Assembly: GCA_965223265.1 (NCBI GenBank)
Contig: OZ244999.1
Coordinates: 2,976,001 to 3,040,000, forward strand
DNA from: Planctomycetota bacterium
GTDB lineage: Bacteria > Planctomycetota > UBA8108 > SXIK01
Reading direction: 5' to 3'
Length of the DNA stretch: 64,000 nucleotides
Of this stretch, positions 18,522-28,751 are shown one piece after another; positions within the stretch are counted from its first letter, which is position 1, and every line of letters begins with the position of its first letter. The position numbers and the translations under genes were made by a program. A model generated the notes under the pieces. That model ran no database searches and was not told the origin of the DNA. It saw only the letters and a program-made list of their open reading frames with translations.

Positions 18522-20363
18522 ATGAGTGAAGAAGGCAGAATTCGCAACGTGGCGATCATCGCCCATGTCGATCACGGCAAGACGACGCTCGTGGACAAGC
18601 TGCTCGCTCAGACCGGCGCACTCCCCGGACGCCAGGCTTGTGAGGAGAGGATTCTAGACTCCAACGACATCGAGAGAGAGCGAGGGATTACCATTCTCGC
18701 CAAGAACATCTCCTTGATGCACGAGGGCGTCAAGATCAACCTGATCGACACGCCAGGGCACTCCGACTTTGGTGGCGAAGTCGAACGTGTCCTGAAGATG
18801 GCAGACGGTGCGCTGGTGCTGGTCGATGCGTTCGAGGGCCCCATGCCGCAGACACGGTTCGTTCTCAGGAAGGCGTTCGAGCGAGGACTGAAGCTTGTCG
18901 TCGTGATCAACAAGATCGATCGTCATGACGAACGCTCCGACGAAGTCGTCGAGGAGGTCGCGGAGCTCTTTCTTGAGCTCGCCGCTGAGCTGCAGCTCGA
19001 TGACTCAGGTCTCGATTCGCTCGACTACCCCATCCTTTACGCTTCGGCGAGGGATGGCTACGCCGTCCGATCGCTCGACGACGAGCGTCGCGATGTCCTG
19101 CCGGTTCTGGAGACGATCCTCGAAGCGATTCCGGCGCCGGGCAACGACCCGGAGGGAACGCTCCAACTGCAGATCGCGAGCCTTGATTACAACGACTACG
19201 TCGGGCGCATCGGGATCGGCCGCATCTACGCCGGTAGGCTCCGAATCGGCGATCAGGTGCTAGCGTGCGGTCGCGGCGGCGAGCGCCGCTCGACGATCAA
19301 GGAGCTGTACATCTTCGATAAGCTTGGACGCGTTCGTACAGAGGAGGTTGAAGCCGGGGACATCTGCGCGATCACCGGGGTGGAGGATGTTCAGATCGGC
19401 GACACAATCACAGACACTGAAAGCCCCAGACCCTTGCCAATTGTCGACGTTGACCGCCCGACGATCGTGATGACGTTTCACGTCAACGATAGCCCGTTTT
19501 CCGGCAAGGACGGGCGTTACTTGACGTCGCGTCACTTGCGCGCGCGGCTCTACAAAGAGACCGAATCGAACGTCGCACTACGGGTATCGGACACAAAGGA
19601 GGCGGGTGTGTTTGAGGTGGCGGGACGCGGAACGCTTCACCTCGGCGTGCTGATCGAGAATATGAGGCGCGAAGGGTACGAGTTTCAGGTGGGAAAACCG
19701 CGGGTCATTCTTGTCGAGCGGGACGGAGTGAAAGAGGAGCCGGTTGAACGTCTGATTGTGCAAACCCCCACTGAGTCCGCCGGCAAGGTCATCGAGCTCA
19801 TCGGTGGTCGCCGCGGCGAGATGGTCAAGTACGAGCCGCAAGGCGAGCGAGTCCTCGTCGAATTCCTCGTTCCCGCACGTGGATTGATCGGTGTGAGCTC
19901 TCGCATCATGAATCTCACTGCCGGAGAGGCCATCGTTCACCACAGTTTTTCGCGCTACGAGGCATTCAAGGGGGCGATCCCCGGCCGCCTCCAGGGCGTC
20001 ATGGTGTCGAGCGAGACGGGTCCTGCGGTGCCGTATGCACTCTTCGGCCTTCGTGACCGCGGCGTGATGTTCGTAGAGCCGAACGTGCCTGTCTACAAGG
20101 GTATGATCGTCGGCGAGCACTGCAAGGACGATGACATTGTCGTCAACGTTTGTCGCGAGAAGAAGCTGACAAACATTCGTGCTGCTGGGTCCGACAAAAA
20201 CGTCCTGTTGTCGCCACCGCGGCGCTTGTCGATCGAGGAAGCACTCGAGTACATCGAGCACGACGAGCTCGTTGAAGTGACGCCGAAGACGTTCCGCCTG
20301 CGCAAGCGCTTCCTGGATGCCAAGGATCGACGTCGCATGAATCGCTCGGCGCAGGTACACTGA
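18522..20363 (+). CDS. typA: Translational GTPase TypA/BipA
   Basis: AHVDHGKTT, ERERGITILAKN, DTPGHSDFGGEVER, NKID and KKLTNIRAAGSD motifs. Confidence 0.97.
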   Translation: MSEEGRIRNVAIIAHVDHGKTTLVDKLLAQTGALPGRQACEERILDSNDIERERGITILAKNISLMHEGVKINLIDTPGHSDFGGEVERVLKMADGALVLVDAFEGPMPQTRFVLRKAFERGLKLVVVINKIDRHDERSDEVVEEVAELFLELAAELQLDDSGLDSLDYPILYASARDGYAVRSLDDERRDVLPVLETILEAIPAPGNDPEGTLQLQIASLDYNDYVGRIGIGRIYAGRLRIGDQVLACGRGGERRSTIKELYIFDKLGRVRTEEVEAGDICAITGVEDVQIGDTITDTESPRPLPIVDVDRPTIVMTFHVNDSPFSGKDGRYLTSRHLRARLYKETESNVALRVSDTKEAGVFEVAGRGTLHLGVLIENMRREGYEFQVGKPRVILVERDGVKEEPVERLIVQTPTESAGKVIELIGGRRGEMVKYEPQGERVLVEFLVPARGLIGVSSRIMNLTAGEAIVHHSFSRYEAFKGAIPGRLQGVMVSSETGPAVPYALFGLRDRGVMFVEPNVPVYKGMIVGEHCKDDDIVVNVCREKKLTNIRAAGSDKNVLLSPPRRLSIEEALEYIEHDELVEVTPKTFRLRKRFLDAKDRRRMNRSAQVH

Positions 20364-20400
20364 GGCGACCGCGAACGGTTCAGCGGATCGGTGCGTTCGC

Positions 20401-20450
20401 AAAAAAAGACCCCCAAACAAGCGGCCGCACCGGCCGCCCGTCTAGGGGGT
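20401..20450 (-). terminator. Intrinsic terminator on the minus strand with no upstream minus-strand gene
   Basis: About 18-bp stem with a GUG loop and four G-U pairs, followed by UCUUUUUUU, reading on the minus strand. Confidence 0.7.
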
Positions 20451-20853
20451 TCCCAGGGGTAAAGGGAGAGAGCTGCATCCCGGCTTGCGACGTCGTTCGC
20501 GTCCGCGGGAGGAAGTCAGTCGTTCGGATCTTGCTCGCTGGTTCGACAGATTGCTCTCCTGTGACCGTGAGGGCGCCGACGGCGATCTGCCAGCATCTGT
20601 TCGACGAATCGCAACTAACGAGCCGATCGACCTCGGTGTTCTAACGTCGTCTTGGCAACCCGGTTAGAATTTGAGCTGCGTGGTCGCCAGGCGGGTAGAA
20701 TAGCCACGGCGGCGAGTTATTACGGGGTGACTTCGCATCACTGCCACCCTTGCGAGAGGGCTTCTGGCACTGAACAAGTGCGGCGATTTTGCGAGACTTC
20801 GGGCGGGTGAGTGGTAGTTTCGCTGAACTCACCAGCAATCCCGGAGGACCGCA

Positions 20854-22224
20854 ATGCTCTCAAAGCCACGCACTTGCGTTCGTCAATTGCTATGGTCGGC
20901 TGCACTCGCCGCGAGCTGTACGCTCTTGCCTAGCTATGGCAACGCCGAGACGCCTGACCTCTACACGCGCGGCGACGTCAACGTTGACGGCGAAACTGAT
21001 CTCGCTGATGCGGTCTTCACGCTTTTGCACCTTTTTGCGAGCGGCGACACACCCCCTTGCCTGAAGAGCGCAGACACGAACGACACCGGTGACGTCGACC
21101 TCGCTGATGCTGTCTTTCTTCTACTGCACCTCTTCCAGAGTGGCGAGGCGCCTTCGGAGCCGTACGAGACGTGTGGCGTCGCGACCTCGGCGGCGGGGCT
21201 CACCTGCGTTTCGTTTCCGCCGTGCGAGTTCGAAACGATCGTGACGCGCTACGATCTTTTGACGACGGTGGCAGGCCGTGGACAACAGGACGACGGCGGC
21301 CGCAACAACTGGGACGACAGCTTTGAGGGGGCTGAAGGGACCGCCGTGGAGCTGTCGCGGCCTCATCATGCGATCGCGGATGATGCTGGAAATATCTTTA
21401 TCGCGGACAAGGACGCGCACGGCATTCGAAAGCTGTTGCCCGACGGAACCTTGGTGACGGTGGCCGGCACCAACCAGCCTGGCGACGCGCCAGACACTGC
21501 GGTCCCCGGCGTCGCCGCATCCTTGCGGTCGCCGAACGGTCTTTGGGTGCGTGGCGACGGTACGGTTTACATTTTGGACCTGGGCAACTCAAAGGTGCGT
21601 CGGCTCTCCCCTGACGGCATGATGACGACGATGTTCAAAGACGACGAGGGGTTGGTCATCGGCCGTGGGATTTGGGTCAGCCCCGAGGAAGATCGAGTCT
21701 TTGTGGCTTCGGGTTCCCGGGTGCGGGAATGGACACCCGAAAGAGGGGTGGTGACGTTTGTCGAGGGTTTCGCGCAGCTGGGCAACCTCATCGTTGATCC
21801 ACAGGGCCAACTGGTCGTCACCGATCGCGGCGCGCATATTGTGGCGCGTGTCGACTCGAACGGCGGCGTCACTCGCATCGCCGGGAACGGTACCACCGGC
21901 GGCGGCGGTGACGGCTTTCCGGCGTTGGACACTGGCTTGAACGGGGTTCGGGCGATATGGTTTCTCGACACCGGAGCCTACTTCCTCGGTACACACCGCG
22001 GGAGTCAGGTTTGGTACGTTGATACCCGCGGCGTGATTCATCTCTTTCTCGATGGCCGATCAGACGACACTCACGCGGGTGATGGCGAGAGTTTTTGGAC
22101 GCCTGGGCCGAAGGTGAGCGAAGTGCGTTCAGTCTCTGTCGATTCGCGCGGCAATTTGATCGTAACGGAAAACGATTTGGGGTTCGTGCGTGTCGTGCAG
22201 CGGGTTGATCGCCGTGATACCTGA
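20854..22224 (+). CDS. Secreted protein: N-terminal dockerin-like (EF-hand) module plus NHL-repeat beta-propeller
   Basis: Signal peptide; RGDVNVDGETDLADAV...ADTNDTGDVDLADAV; NHL repeats GNIFIAD, GTVYILD and GNLIVTE. Confidence 0.8.
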   Translation: MLSKPRTCVRQLLWSAALAASCTLLPSYGNAETPDLYTRGDVNVDGETDLADAVFTLLHLFASGDTPPCLKSADTNDTGDVDLADAVFLLLHLFQSGEAPSEPYETCGVATSAAGLTCVSFPPCEFETIVTRYDLLTTVAGRGQQDDGGRNNWDDSFEGAEGTAVELSRPHHAIADDAGNIFIADKDAHGIRKLLPDGTLVTVAGTNQPGDAPDTAVPGVAASLRSPNGLWVRGDGTVYILDLGNSKVRRLSPDGMMTTMFKDDEGLVIGRGIWVSPEEDRVFVASGSRVREWTPERGVVTFVEGFAQLGNLIVDPQGQLVVTDRGAHIVARVDSNGGVTRIAGNGTTGGGGDGFPALDTGLNGVRAIWFLDTGAYFLGTHRGSQVWYVDTRGVIHLFLDGRSDDTHAGDGESFWTPGPKVSEVRSVSVDSRGNLIVTENDLGFVRVVQRVDRRDT

Positions 22225-22254
22225 CGCTCTTGCCGAGAAGGAAGGACCCGAAGA

Positions 22255-23265
22255 TTGCCGTTTCGTTTCGTCATGTTGGGCATGGACCACACCCATGCCC
22301 ACGGGATCGTTGAGCAGGTCGCACGTCACCCGGAAGAGTTTCAGCTGACAGGAGCGTATGACTCGAGCGCTGCGGTCGTGGCGCGCAGGCGGGAGGAATG
22401 GTTGCCTCTGTTGCCTGAGCTCGAGTTCTTCGACGATCCGGGAAGACTCTTGGCGACGCGGCCGGACGGTGTGATTGTTGAAGGCACAGTGTGGCAGAAC
22501 CTCCGGTGGGCGCGGTTCAGCCTTGAGCGCGGCTTCCCCGTCCTGTTGGAAAAGCCGGCGGGGAACGATCTCGTCGAATTCGAAGAGGTCGTCCGGTTGG
22601 CGCAGTCGCGCGGTCTGCATCTGCAAATGCTCTACCTTTTTCGCTCGATGACTGCGGTCCTTCAGATGCTTGAACTGGCCGAGAGCGGCAGACTCGGTCG
22701 CATCTATATGTTTCGCGCCCGCTTGTCGAAGGATCTCGCTGACTACGAGTGGAACGCGAACAGTTTCGCCTGGCATCGAGGTGGAATATTCTTCGAGATG
22801 GCCGGTCATGCGATCGACATGATGGTCACGATGCTTGGCCGCCCGGCGAATGTGACTCCCTTCCTGGGCCACCACCACAACACATCCGGTTCGTTCGTTG
22901 ACAACGGCATCGCAGTGTTCGAGTTTGGTGGCGCGTGGGGGATCGTGGAAGTGCCGGCGCTCGAGACGGCGCCAAATTCGCGACGTTTCGAGGTCTATGG
23001 TACTGAGGGAGCATGCGTGATTCCTCACCTCGGTAGCGGACACCTCGAAAACAACGCTAAGCAGCCGCTTCAAGTCTCCCTTGACGGCGAAGGATGGCGG
23101 ACGCTTGACCTCGATGCTGCGGTACTACAAGTCGCCGACCTACGGGAGTTTGTTGCCTGCGTTCGAGACGGCAAGGCGCCTCGGTATTCGCTAGAGCACG
23201 ACGTCGTTGTCCAGGAGGCGTTGCTGCGCGCATCTGACTGCATCGAAAGGAGACATCTTCAGTGA
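22255..23265 (+). CDS. Gfo/Idh/MocA family oxidoreductase
   Basis: N-terminal Rossmann-like region, VLLEKP and GGIFFEMAGHAID motifs. Confidence 0.85.
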   Translation: MPFRFVMLGMDHTHAHGIVEQVARHPEEFQLTGAYDSSAAVVARRREEWLPLLPELEFFDDPGRLLATRPDGVIVEGTVWQNLRWARFSLERGFPVLLEKPAGNDLVEFEEVVRLAQSRGLHLQMLYLFRSMTAVLQMLELAESGRLGRIYMFRARLSKDLADYEWNANSFAWHRGGIFFEMAGHAIDMMVTMLGRPANVTPFLGHHHNTSGSFVDNGIAVFEFGGAWGIVEVPALETAPNSRRFEVYGTEGACVIPHLGSGHLENNAKQPLQVSLDGEGWRTLDLDAAVLQVADLREFVACVRDGKAPRYSLEHDVVVQEALLRASDCIERRHLQ

Positions 23266-24002
23266 ACACGACCCAAGAGAAGAAGTTCTCGAGACGAAGG
23301 TGCGCAGCGCCTCAGTGGTGCGGGGTGTTCCTTCTCGTCGTGTCGTCTTGTGGGACTCTTTCGCTTGCGGCGCAGTCAACGCCGCCCGCGAGCGAGTCGG
23401 CGCGTTGGGAGAAGGCCATTCGCGCGTTCGAGGCTCAGGATCGTGCCCAGCCGCCTGCACGAGGAGGCGTCCTTTTTCTCGGATCGTCGAGCATTCGCCT
23501 TTGGGACTTGCCGAATTCGTTCGCCGCCTTGAAGTCGATCAACCGAGGTTTTGGTGGTTCGCAGATTTCCGACTGCATCGAGTTCGCGCCGCGCATTCTC
23601 TTTCCCTACGAACCGCAGACCGTCGTTTTCTATGCCGGTGACAACGACATCGCCGCGGGTAAGAGTGCTGAAGTTGTGGCGCGCGACTACCGCCGATTCG
23701 TCGCCTTGGTGCACGAGCGCTTACCTCGCACGCGAGTGGTTTTCATTTCCATCAAGCCGAGCATTAAACGATGGCACCTCATCGACCGCATGCGCCAAGC
23801 GAACCGGTGGATTCGCGAGTTTAGCACGACGGACCCGCGTCTAGAATACGTCGACATCGACACTCCGATGCTCGACGCCTACGGGAAGCCACGCTTCGAC
23901 TTTTTGGATAGCGATGGGCTGCACTTGAGTCCTGCTGGGTACGCGCTGTGGGCGTCGCGCGTCCGTCCCCACCTGCTTGTGAAGAGTGTGAAGAAACCGT
24001 GA
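23262..24002 (+). CDS. Secreted SGNH/GDSL hydrolase
   Basis: FLGSSSIRLW, NRGFGGS, YAGDND and DGLH motifs; overlaps the upstream stop (GTGA). Confidence 0.88.
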   Translation: MNTTQEKKFSRRRCAAPQWCGVFLLVVSSCGTLSLAAQSTPPASESARWEKAIRAFEAQDRAQPPARGGVLFLGSSSIRLWDLPNSFAALKSINRGFGGSQISDCIEFAPRILFPYEPQTVVFYAGDNDIAAGKSAEVVARDYRRFVALVHERLPRTRVVFISIKPSIKRWHLIDRMRQANRWIREFSTTDPRLEYVDIDTPMLDAYGKPRFDFLDSDGLHLSPAGYALWASRVRPHLLVKSVKKP

Positions 24003-24034
24003 GCGCCGCGCCAAGAAAACGGGCCGCACGAGCG

Positions 24035-25405
24035 TCAATCGGATGCGTGTAGCCACGCCAGCACAGGCAGCGACGGTGCATCCGTGAGTTCTAGTCCGTG
24101 TGGACCGACGACGGCTGCCTCGATCCAGCAGATGCTCGCGACCGCATCGCGCTGGGTGAATTGGCCGACCGGTGAGCGTGCGAGCAGAAGGCTCGTTCTC
24201 GCCAATCGCTTTGGCGTAACAGAATCAGCATTGGCGGCCCCGGAGCCTAATCGTAAGTAACCGATCTGACCGTCACCTGTTTCCCACGTGGCGACCGCCA
24301 TGTTGGTTGACGGTGCAAGACGGATGTGCGACGCGTTCGCCACGAGCGAGGGGTCTGTGGATTCGACGAGAGTCGGAGCATCGAAGGTGCGCCCCCCGTC
24401 GCGAGATCGTGACCACCACAGTTGACCATCCGAGCCGCCAGCGACCCACATCGCCCAAAGTGTGCCATCGTCCGCGGCGGCGATCGCGGGACCGTTCACG
24501 GGACAGCAGGAGAACGTCCAGCCCTCTGAGAGCGTCACCGCTGGATCGAACGATCGTTGTGATGGCCGACGTGAGAGAACTCGGACAAAAAGAGATGGGC
24601 CGACGCGATCACGATAGATCACGTGAATCGAACCGTCCTGCCCAACGGTCACCGATGGTACGCAGCAAGGACAAACTCCGTCAGCTGAGTCGGTCAGGCG
24701 CTGGTTTGATGCCAGGAGCCGGCCGTCCGTACTGACAAGGGAGAAGTAGAGTTGCTTCTGGTTCGGGTTCGACGACGGTGCGTCGCGTTCGTCGAGCCAT
24801 ACGACACAGATGTTTCCGTCACGGGTGACGGCCATGTCGTGATACTCCTGCCCGCAGAGGGCGGTAGCACCGGAGACTGTGGGGGGTGAGGCAGTGTGAA
24901 CATCGTCGTTGACCCGCGTCGGAGAGGAGAAGGTCGCGCCGTCGTCTGAGGAAACGGCAAGGAAAATATCACCGGCGAGATCGTCGCGGCGATCAACCCA
25001 GGACACTGCGATCACGCCGTTCGGCGTGATCGCGACGCGAGGTCCGACTTGACGACCTGCAACAGCCGATTTCGCGCGGTCATTCACAATCCGTGGCCGG
25101 CTCCACGACGCCTCGCTCGCGGTGTCGTCGAAACGAGAAAGGACGATGTCGGCGCCACCGTCCCGATCCACGATCGCCCACGTTGCCAGCAGCTGCCCAC
25201 CTGGGGTCACCGCGAGATCCAATTCCTCGACGCGTCCGTTCGGCAGCACGTCTGCATGTTTTGCCGCGGGGGGCGCAAGACAGCCAGCGACAATGGCGGC
25301 TGCCATCGCTAACAGAGCTCCACGCGCTGGGACCGAGACACGTCGTGCGGACGACACGTGCGACATCGTTTTTCTCGGACAGTGAGTGTTTATGCGACCA
25401 AGCAT
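24035..25405 (-). CDS. BNR/Asp-box (sialidase-like) propeller lipoprotein with CxCC and CCP motifs
   Basis: Lipobox IVAGC; Asp-boxes SSDDGATF and SRDGGRTF; VCPCC and SCCPVNGP. The start may be about 40 bp downstream. Confidence 0.72.
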   Translation of the reverse strand: MLGRINTHCPRKTMSHVSSARRVSVPARGALLAMAAAIVAGCLAPPAAKHADVLPNGRVEELDLAVTPGGQLLATWAIVDRDGGADIVLSRFDDTASEASWSRPRIVNDRAKSAVAGRQVGPRVAITPNGVIAVSWVDRRDDLAGDIFLAVSSDDGATFSSPTRVNDDVHTASPPTVSGATALCGQEYHDMAVTRDGNICVVWLDERDAPSSNPNQKQLYFSLVSTDGRLLASNQRLTDSADGVCPCCVPSVTVGQDGSIHVIYRDRVGPSLFVRVLSRRPSQRSFDPAVTLSEGWTFSCCPVNGPAIAAADDGTLWAMWVAGGSDGQLWWSRSRDGGRTFDAPTLVESTDPSLVANASHIRLAPSTNMAVATWETGDGQIGYLRLGSGAANADSVTPKRLARTSLLLARSPVGQFTQRDAVASICWIEAAVVGPHGLELTDAPSLPVLAWLHASD

Positions 25406-25435
25406 CGTGTTGACTCTTTTGAAGTTGTACTGAGT

Positions 25436-27076
25436 TTAGTTGTTTGCGTTGCGATCAATTGTCCAGCCTCGACTGGCGATCAAACGGTCGGCGATGCCGA
25501 CGATTCCCTCGAGGCGGACATCAGCGTCTAGGTAACTCGGAGCACGTTCACCGAGCACCGCTGCTGCCGTCGACCAGCCGTCGGCGAGCGTCGCTGTGGA
25601 TGCGATCACTACCGCACCTCGGTTTTGAGGCAGCGGGGCCAGGGACTGTGGCGACAGAATGTGGCTGAAACGTTGGTTGCCAACATGAAGCCACTTCTCG
25701 TAGCCGCCGCTGGCGGCGATGGCTTCTTCGTGGAGCGATAGTGTGCCGAGAAGGGTGCGCGCGTCGCGAGGGTCGCGGACCGCTACCTTCCACGCGTCGC
25801 GACCAGGAGGGGTGCCAATCGCGTAGATGCAGCCTGAAAAATTGACGAGCGCCCGCTCAACCCCGCGTTGGCGCAGTTTCGCGACGGCGCGGTCGACGGC
25901 GTAGCCCTTACCGAGGGCACCGGGATCAAGGCGCACGCCGTGGCGTCTGAGAGTCGCGTGGCGGCCAGCGTTTGTGTCATTGCCGAGAGAAACGTTGCGA
26001 TAGTCGATGAGCGGGCGGATGCGCTCTATGTCGCCCTCCGATGGTAGCTGACCCTTGCGAGCGCAAGTGCGCCACAGATCCAGGAGCGGACCGATGGTGA
26101 TGTCGAAGGCACCACCCGAAGCGGCCGCGATATCGCCCGCTCCTTGGAGAAACCCCGCCGTAAGCCCCGACAAAGGCACTGGCTCGTGCGCACCGTGCTT
26201 GGTCAAAAGAGAGAGCTCGCTGTCGAGGCGGTAGTCACTGAGCGCACGATCGACGCGCTCGATCTCGTCGAACGCATGAGTGCAGTGTGCTCTCAAGTCC
26301 TCAGCACCGTGTCCCCAAATCTCGATGTCGCACAGCGTCCCCATGATGAGGCGACTCGCACGATAAAACTCGAGGCCGTCGACCGCCGCGGCGTTGCCGA
26401 CGACGCTAGTCTTGATGGGGGGGCGGGTCGCGATATCGATCTCTTCTCCGTCACGATAGAGGCTCTCAATACGCTCGGGCTGATTCCCGTAGCAAGCGTT
26501 CACCACTGCGAGGACTTTTTTCACGCCGTGATTGAGCGAATTGACCGACATCGTGGCGCCGCTGATGTTGATGATGTCGCGATTGATACTGAATGGCTCG
26601 TCCACGGTTTTGCCATCGTACTGAGCGAGAAAGCGCCGGCGTGCGACCTCGCCGCCACGCGACTCCCTATAGACCATCACCGCGACGCGGCGGACGTCGC
26701 CGACTGGGTTGACGCCGACGATGAACGTGATCAGCTTGAACTTGCCGATCTCTTCCTGGATCACCGCGCAGCCATCGAGGTTGCCGCGAGAGTCATAACC
26801 CACGTAGGTCTGGAATTCCGTCTGACTCGTGGGTCGTCCAAGCGCCGCTTGGACAGCCCGGCGTTCAGCAGCCGAGAGCCTTACCTGGGCGCGCACGACC
26901 TTCGCAGCTTCCGGGAAGATCAGCCTGAGCGCTTCCACCTCCTGAAGATAGACGGTCGTATAAAACGCTTCGGCATCCTCGCCGTCGCGCTGCGAGTGTG
27001 CCCGTGCCCCGCACGCATAGGCGCCAATCGCTAAGGCAAGGAGGAGGCTCTTCTGAACAGGGGCACGTGTTCGCAT
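25436..27076 (-). CDS. FMN-binding domain fused to an ApbE-family FAD:protein FMN transferase
   Basis: Signal peptide; FMN_bind region (YRESRGGEV...INISGATMS); ApbE motifs MGT, DSELS, GAFDITIGPL, GALGKGYAVD, ASGGYE and ADGWSTA. Confidence 0.85.
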   Translation of the reverse strand: MRTRAPVQKSLLLALAIGAYACGARAHSQRDGEDAEAFYTTVYLQEVEALRLIFPEAAKVVRAQVRLSAAERRAVQAALGRPTSQTEFQTYVGYDSRGNLDGCAVIQEEIGKFKLITFIVGVNPVGDVRRVAVMVYRESRGGEVARRRFLAQYDGKTVDEPFSINRDIINISGATMSVNSLNHGVKKVLAVVNACYGNQPERIESLYRDGEEIDIATRPPIKTSVVGNAAAVDGLEFYRASRLIMGTLCDIEIWGHGAEDLRAHCTHAFDEIERVDRALSDYRLDSELSLLTKHGAHEPVPLSGLTAGFLQGAGDIAAASGGAFDITIGPLLDLWRTCARKGQLPSEGDIERIRPLIDYRNVSLGNDTNAGRHATLRRHGVRLDPGALGKGYAVDRAVAKLRQRGVERALVNFSGCIYAIGTPPGRDAWKVAVRDPRDARTLLGTLSLHEEAIAASGGYEKWLHVGNQRFSHILSPQSLAPLPQNRGAVVIASTATLADGWSTAAAVLGERAPSYLDADVRLEGIVGIADRLIASRGWTIDRNANN

Positions 27077-28617
27077 CAGAAATAGCTCGTCAACGAAATG
27101 ACGACAGCGTCGTCGTCAGCCGAGGCTGGCGCTTTGCCGGTGCCGTGATTGAATTGGTAGTCGATTTTGATCGCCGCTGACTCCACCGGGCGGTAGTTCA
27201 GGCCGGTCGTCAAGCGGCGCTGTCTGTGGGCGTCGAGATCAACTTGGCCCCAACGGACGACGAAGGTAAAGGTCGAGTCGGCGAGAAACAGTGCCGGGAC
27301 GTTTTCGACAAGCCATGCCGGCATGAAGTGATAGTTCATCTGCGCGTAGTAACCCCACAGGTCGTCGGCCACGCCGCTGGCGCGCGCGAACGAGTCGCGT
27401 TCAACCCAAGAGTACGCACCCTCTGCGAGGAGTTCGATCGGGCCGACGGGCACCTCGCAGACGTCGAATTGTGGCAGTGTTACGAGTGCATCGAGGGCTC
27501 CAGTCGTGAGGTTGTTGTCGCCAGCTTCGTCGTACGCACCGCTATGACCCGAGATGCCGAATTCGCTGCCGAGGAAGGGGCTCAAGCTGAGCCGGCCGAC
27601 GCCGGCAAACTTGTTGTTGATGTCGTCGAAGCCGCGAGTGCCCAGCGAACTTCTATGGGCCCGCGCGTTGCGCAGGCCTCTCGCTGACGTGATCGTGGCA
27701 GTGCCGCTGTTGTCGAGCCCTTTGAAACCGCTGGTGATGTACGCTTCGTACTTGATTTCCCAAGTGCTCTCCTCGGTGTGGAGGTCGCCGAAGAAGCCTG
27801 CACCGACTTCCCGGAGCGTCGTCGGGATGACGAACTGATTGATCAGCGGCCGATCGGTCAAGTCGTTGATCGGTGAGTCGTGGATCAGGTTGAACTTACC
27901 CAGCGGATCAAGGATGACTCCGCCCCGAAAGTTGATCTGATCGACGATCAGAAAGTCCAGGTAGGAAAACTCAACGGCGACTTCCGAACCGTCTTCAATC
28001 TCGATCTCCGTCGCGAAACGGACGCGTTCGTGAACGTCGGCGTAAATGAACGGAATCAAGCGGTGGAAGCGGAATTCGTGGCGTTGGTTTTCGGGGTCGC
28101 GATACTCGACGTCGAAGTAACCGCCGAGCGAGACCTTGGAGCCGACTCCCTCCAAAAACGGCTTGTCATAGAGTCCGCCTTTGTGCCCCGGAAGACGAGT
28201 GCCTGCGTGATCACCTTCGAGTCGGCTTTCGGCACTTTGTGCTACCCTTCCTTTTGAGTCGCCGTCTTCTGAGCTGCTGTGCAGCGCGTCGACCGCGGCT
28301 CGCATCTCGGCGAGTTCCTTGAGCACTTGATTGTGCTCGGCGCGGGAGACCGGGAGTTCGAGATCGCCGTCGGCCCACACGCGAGTGCCGGCTGGTGATA
28401 AAAGCGTCGCGAGAGTCGACAGTGCACAGCTGGCTGCGATCAGGCGCCAATGTGGACGTCTCACCAGAGACACAGCCGCGGCTGCGAGAGGGAACGCTCC
28501 GCGGAGCTCAGAGGCGCCCCGGGAAGAGCGCGGCGTGCCATGTCGACGCGCGGGTCGACGCGCGGGTCGACTGGTTGACCCGAAGGTGGCGGAGTGGTCG
28601 ACGTCGGCCGTGGACAT
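27076..28617 (-). CDS. Outer-membrane beta-barrel porin with an N-terminal coiled coil
   Basis: Coiled segment, amphipathic beta-strands (SLGGYFDVEY, RFATEIEIE, AVEFSYLDF, GYYAQMNY) and a C-terminal SYF. True start uncertain. Confidence 0.75.
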   Translation of the reverse strand: MSTADVDHSATFGSTSRPARRPARRHGTPRSSRGASELRGAFPLAAAAVSLVRRPHWRLIAASCALSTLATLLSPAGTRVWADGDLELPVSRAEHNQVLKELAEMRAAVDALHSSSEDGDSKGRVAQSAESRLEGDHAGTRLPGHKGGLYDKPFLEGVGSKVSLGGYFDVEYRDPENQRHEFRFHRLIPFIYADVHERVRFATEIEIEDGSEVAVEFSYLDFLIVDQINFRGGVILDPLGKFNLIHDSPINDLTDRPLINQFVIPTTLREVGAGFFGDLHTEESTWEIKYEAYITSGFKGLDNSGTATITSARGLRNARAHRSSLGTRGFDDINNKFAGVGRLSLSPFLGSEFGISGHSGAYDEAGDNNLTTGALDALVTLPQFDVCEVPVGPIELLAEGAYSWVERDSFARASGVADDLWGYYAQMNYHFMPAWLVENVPALFLADSTFTFVVRWGQVDLDAHRQRRLTTGLNYRPVESAAIKIDYQFNHGTGKAPASADDDAVVISLTSYF

Positions 28618-28715
28618 TGGGCGAAGAATCCTCGCGATTTGCCGTTGACGAAGCGTCCCGGGTTTGCCGGAGTGAAGGGCGGTCCAGAGTCGTTAGGACG
28701 CGGACTGAAACTTTT

Positions 28716-28751
28716 GTTTATCCTGCCAAACTTTTGTTTAGCATATCAAAC
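28716..28751. promoter_or_regulatory. Tandem palindromic operator (2 x GTTT-N8-AAAC, 20-bp period) over an extended -10 of the porin operon
   Basis: GTTTATCCTGCCAAAC at 28716-28731 and GTTTAGCATATCAAAC at 28736-28751, in an AT-rich island; minus-strand TGATATGCT at 28748-28740. Confidence 0.55.
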
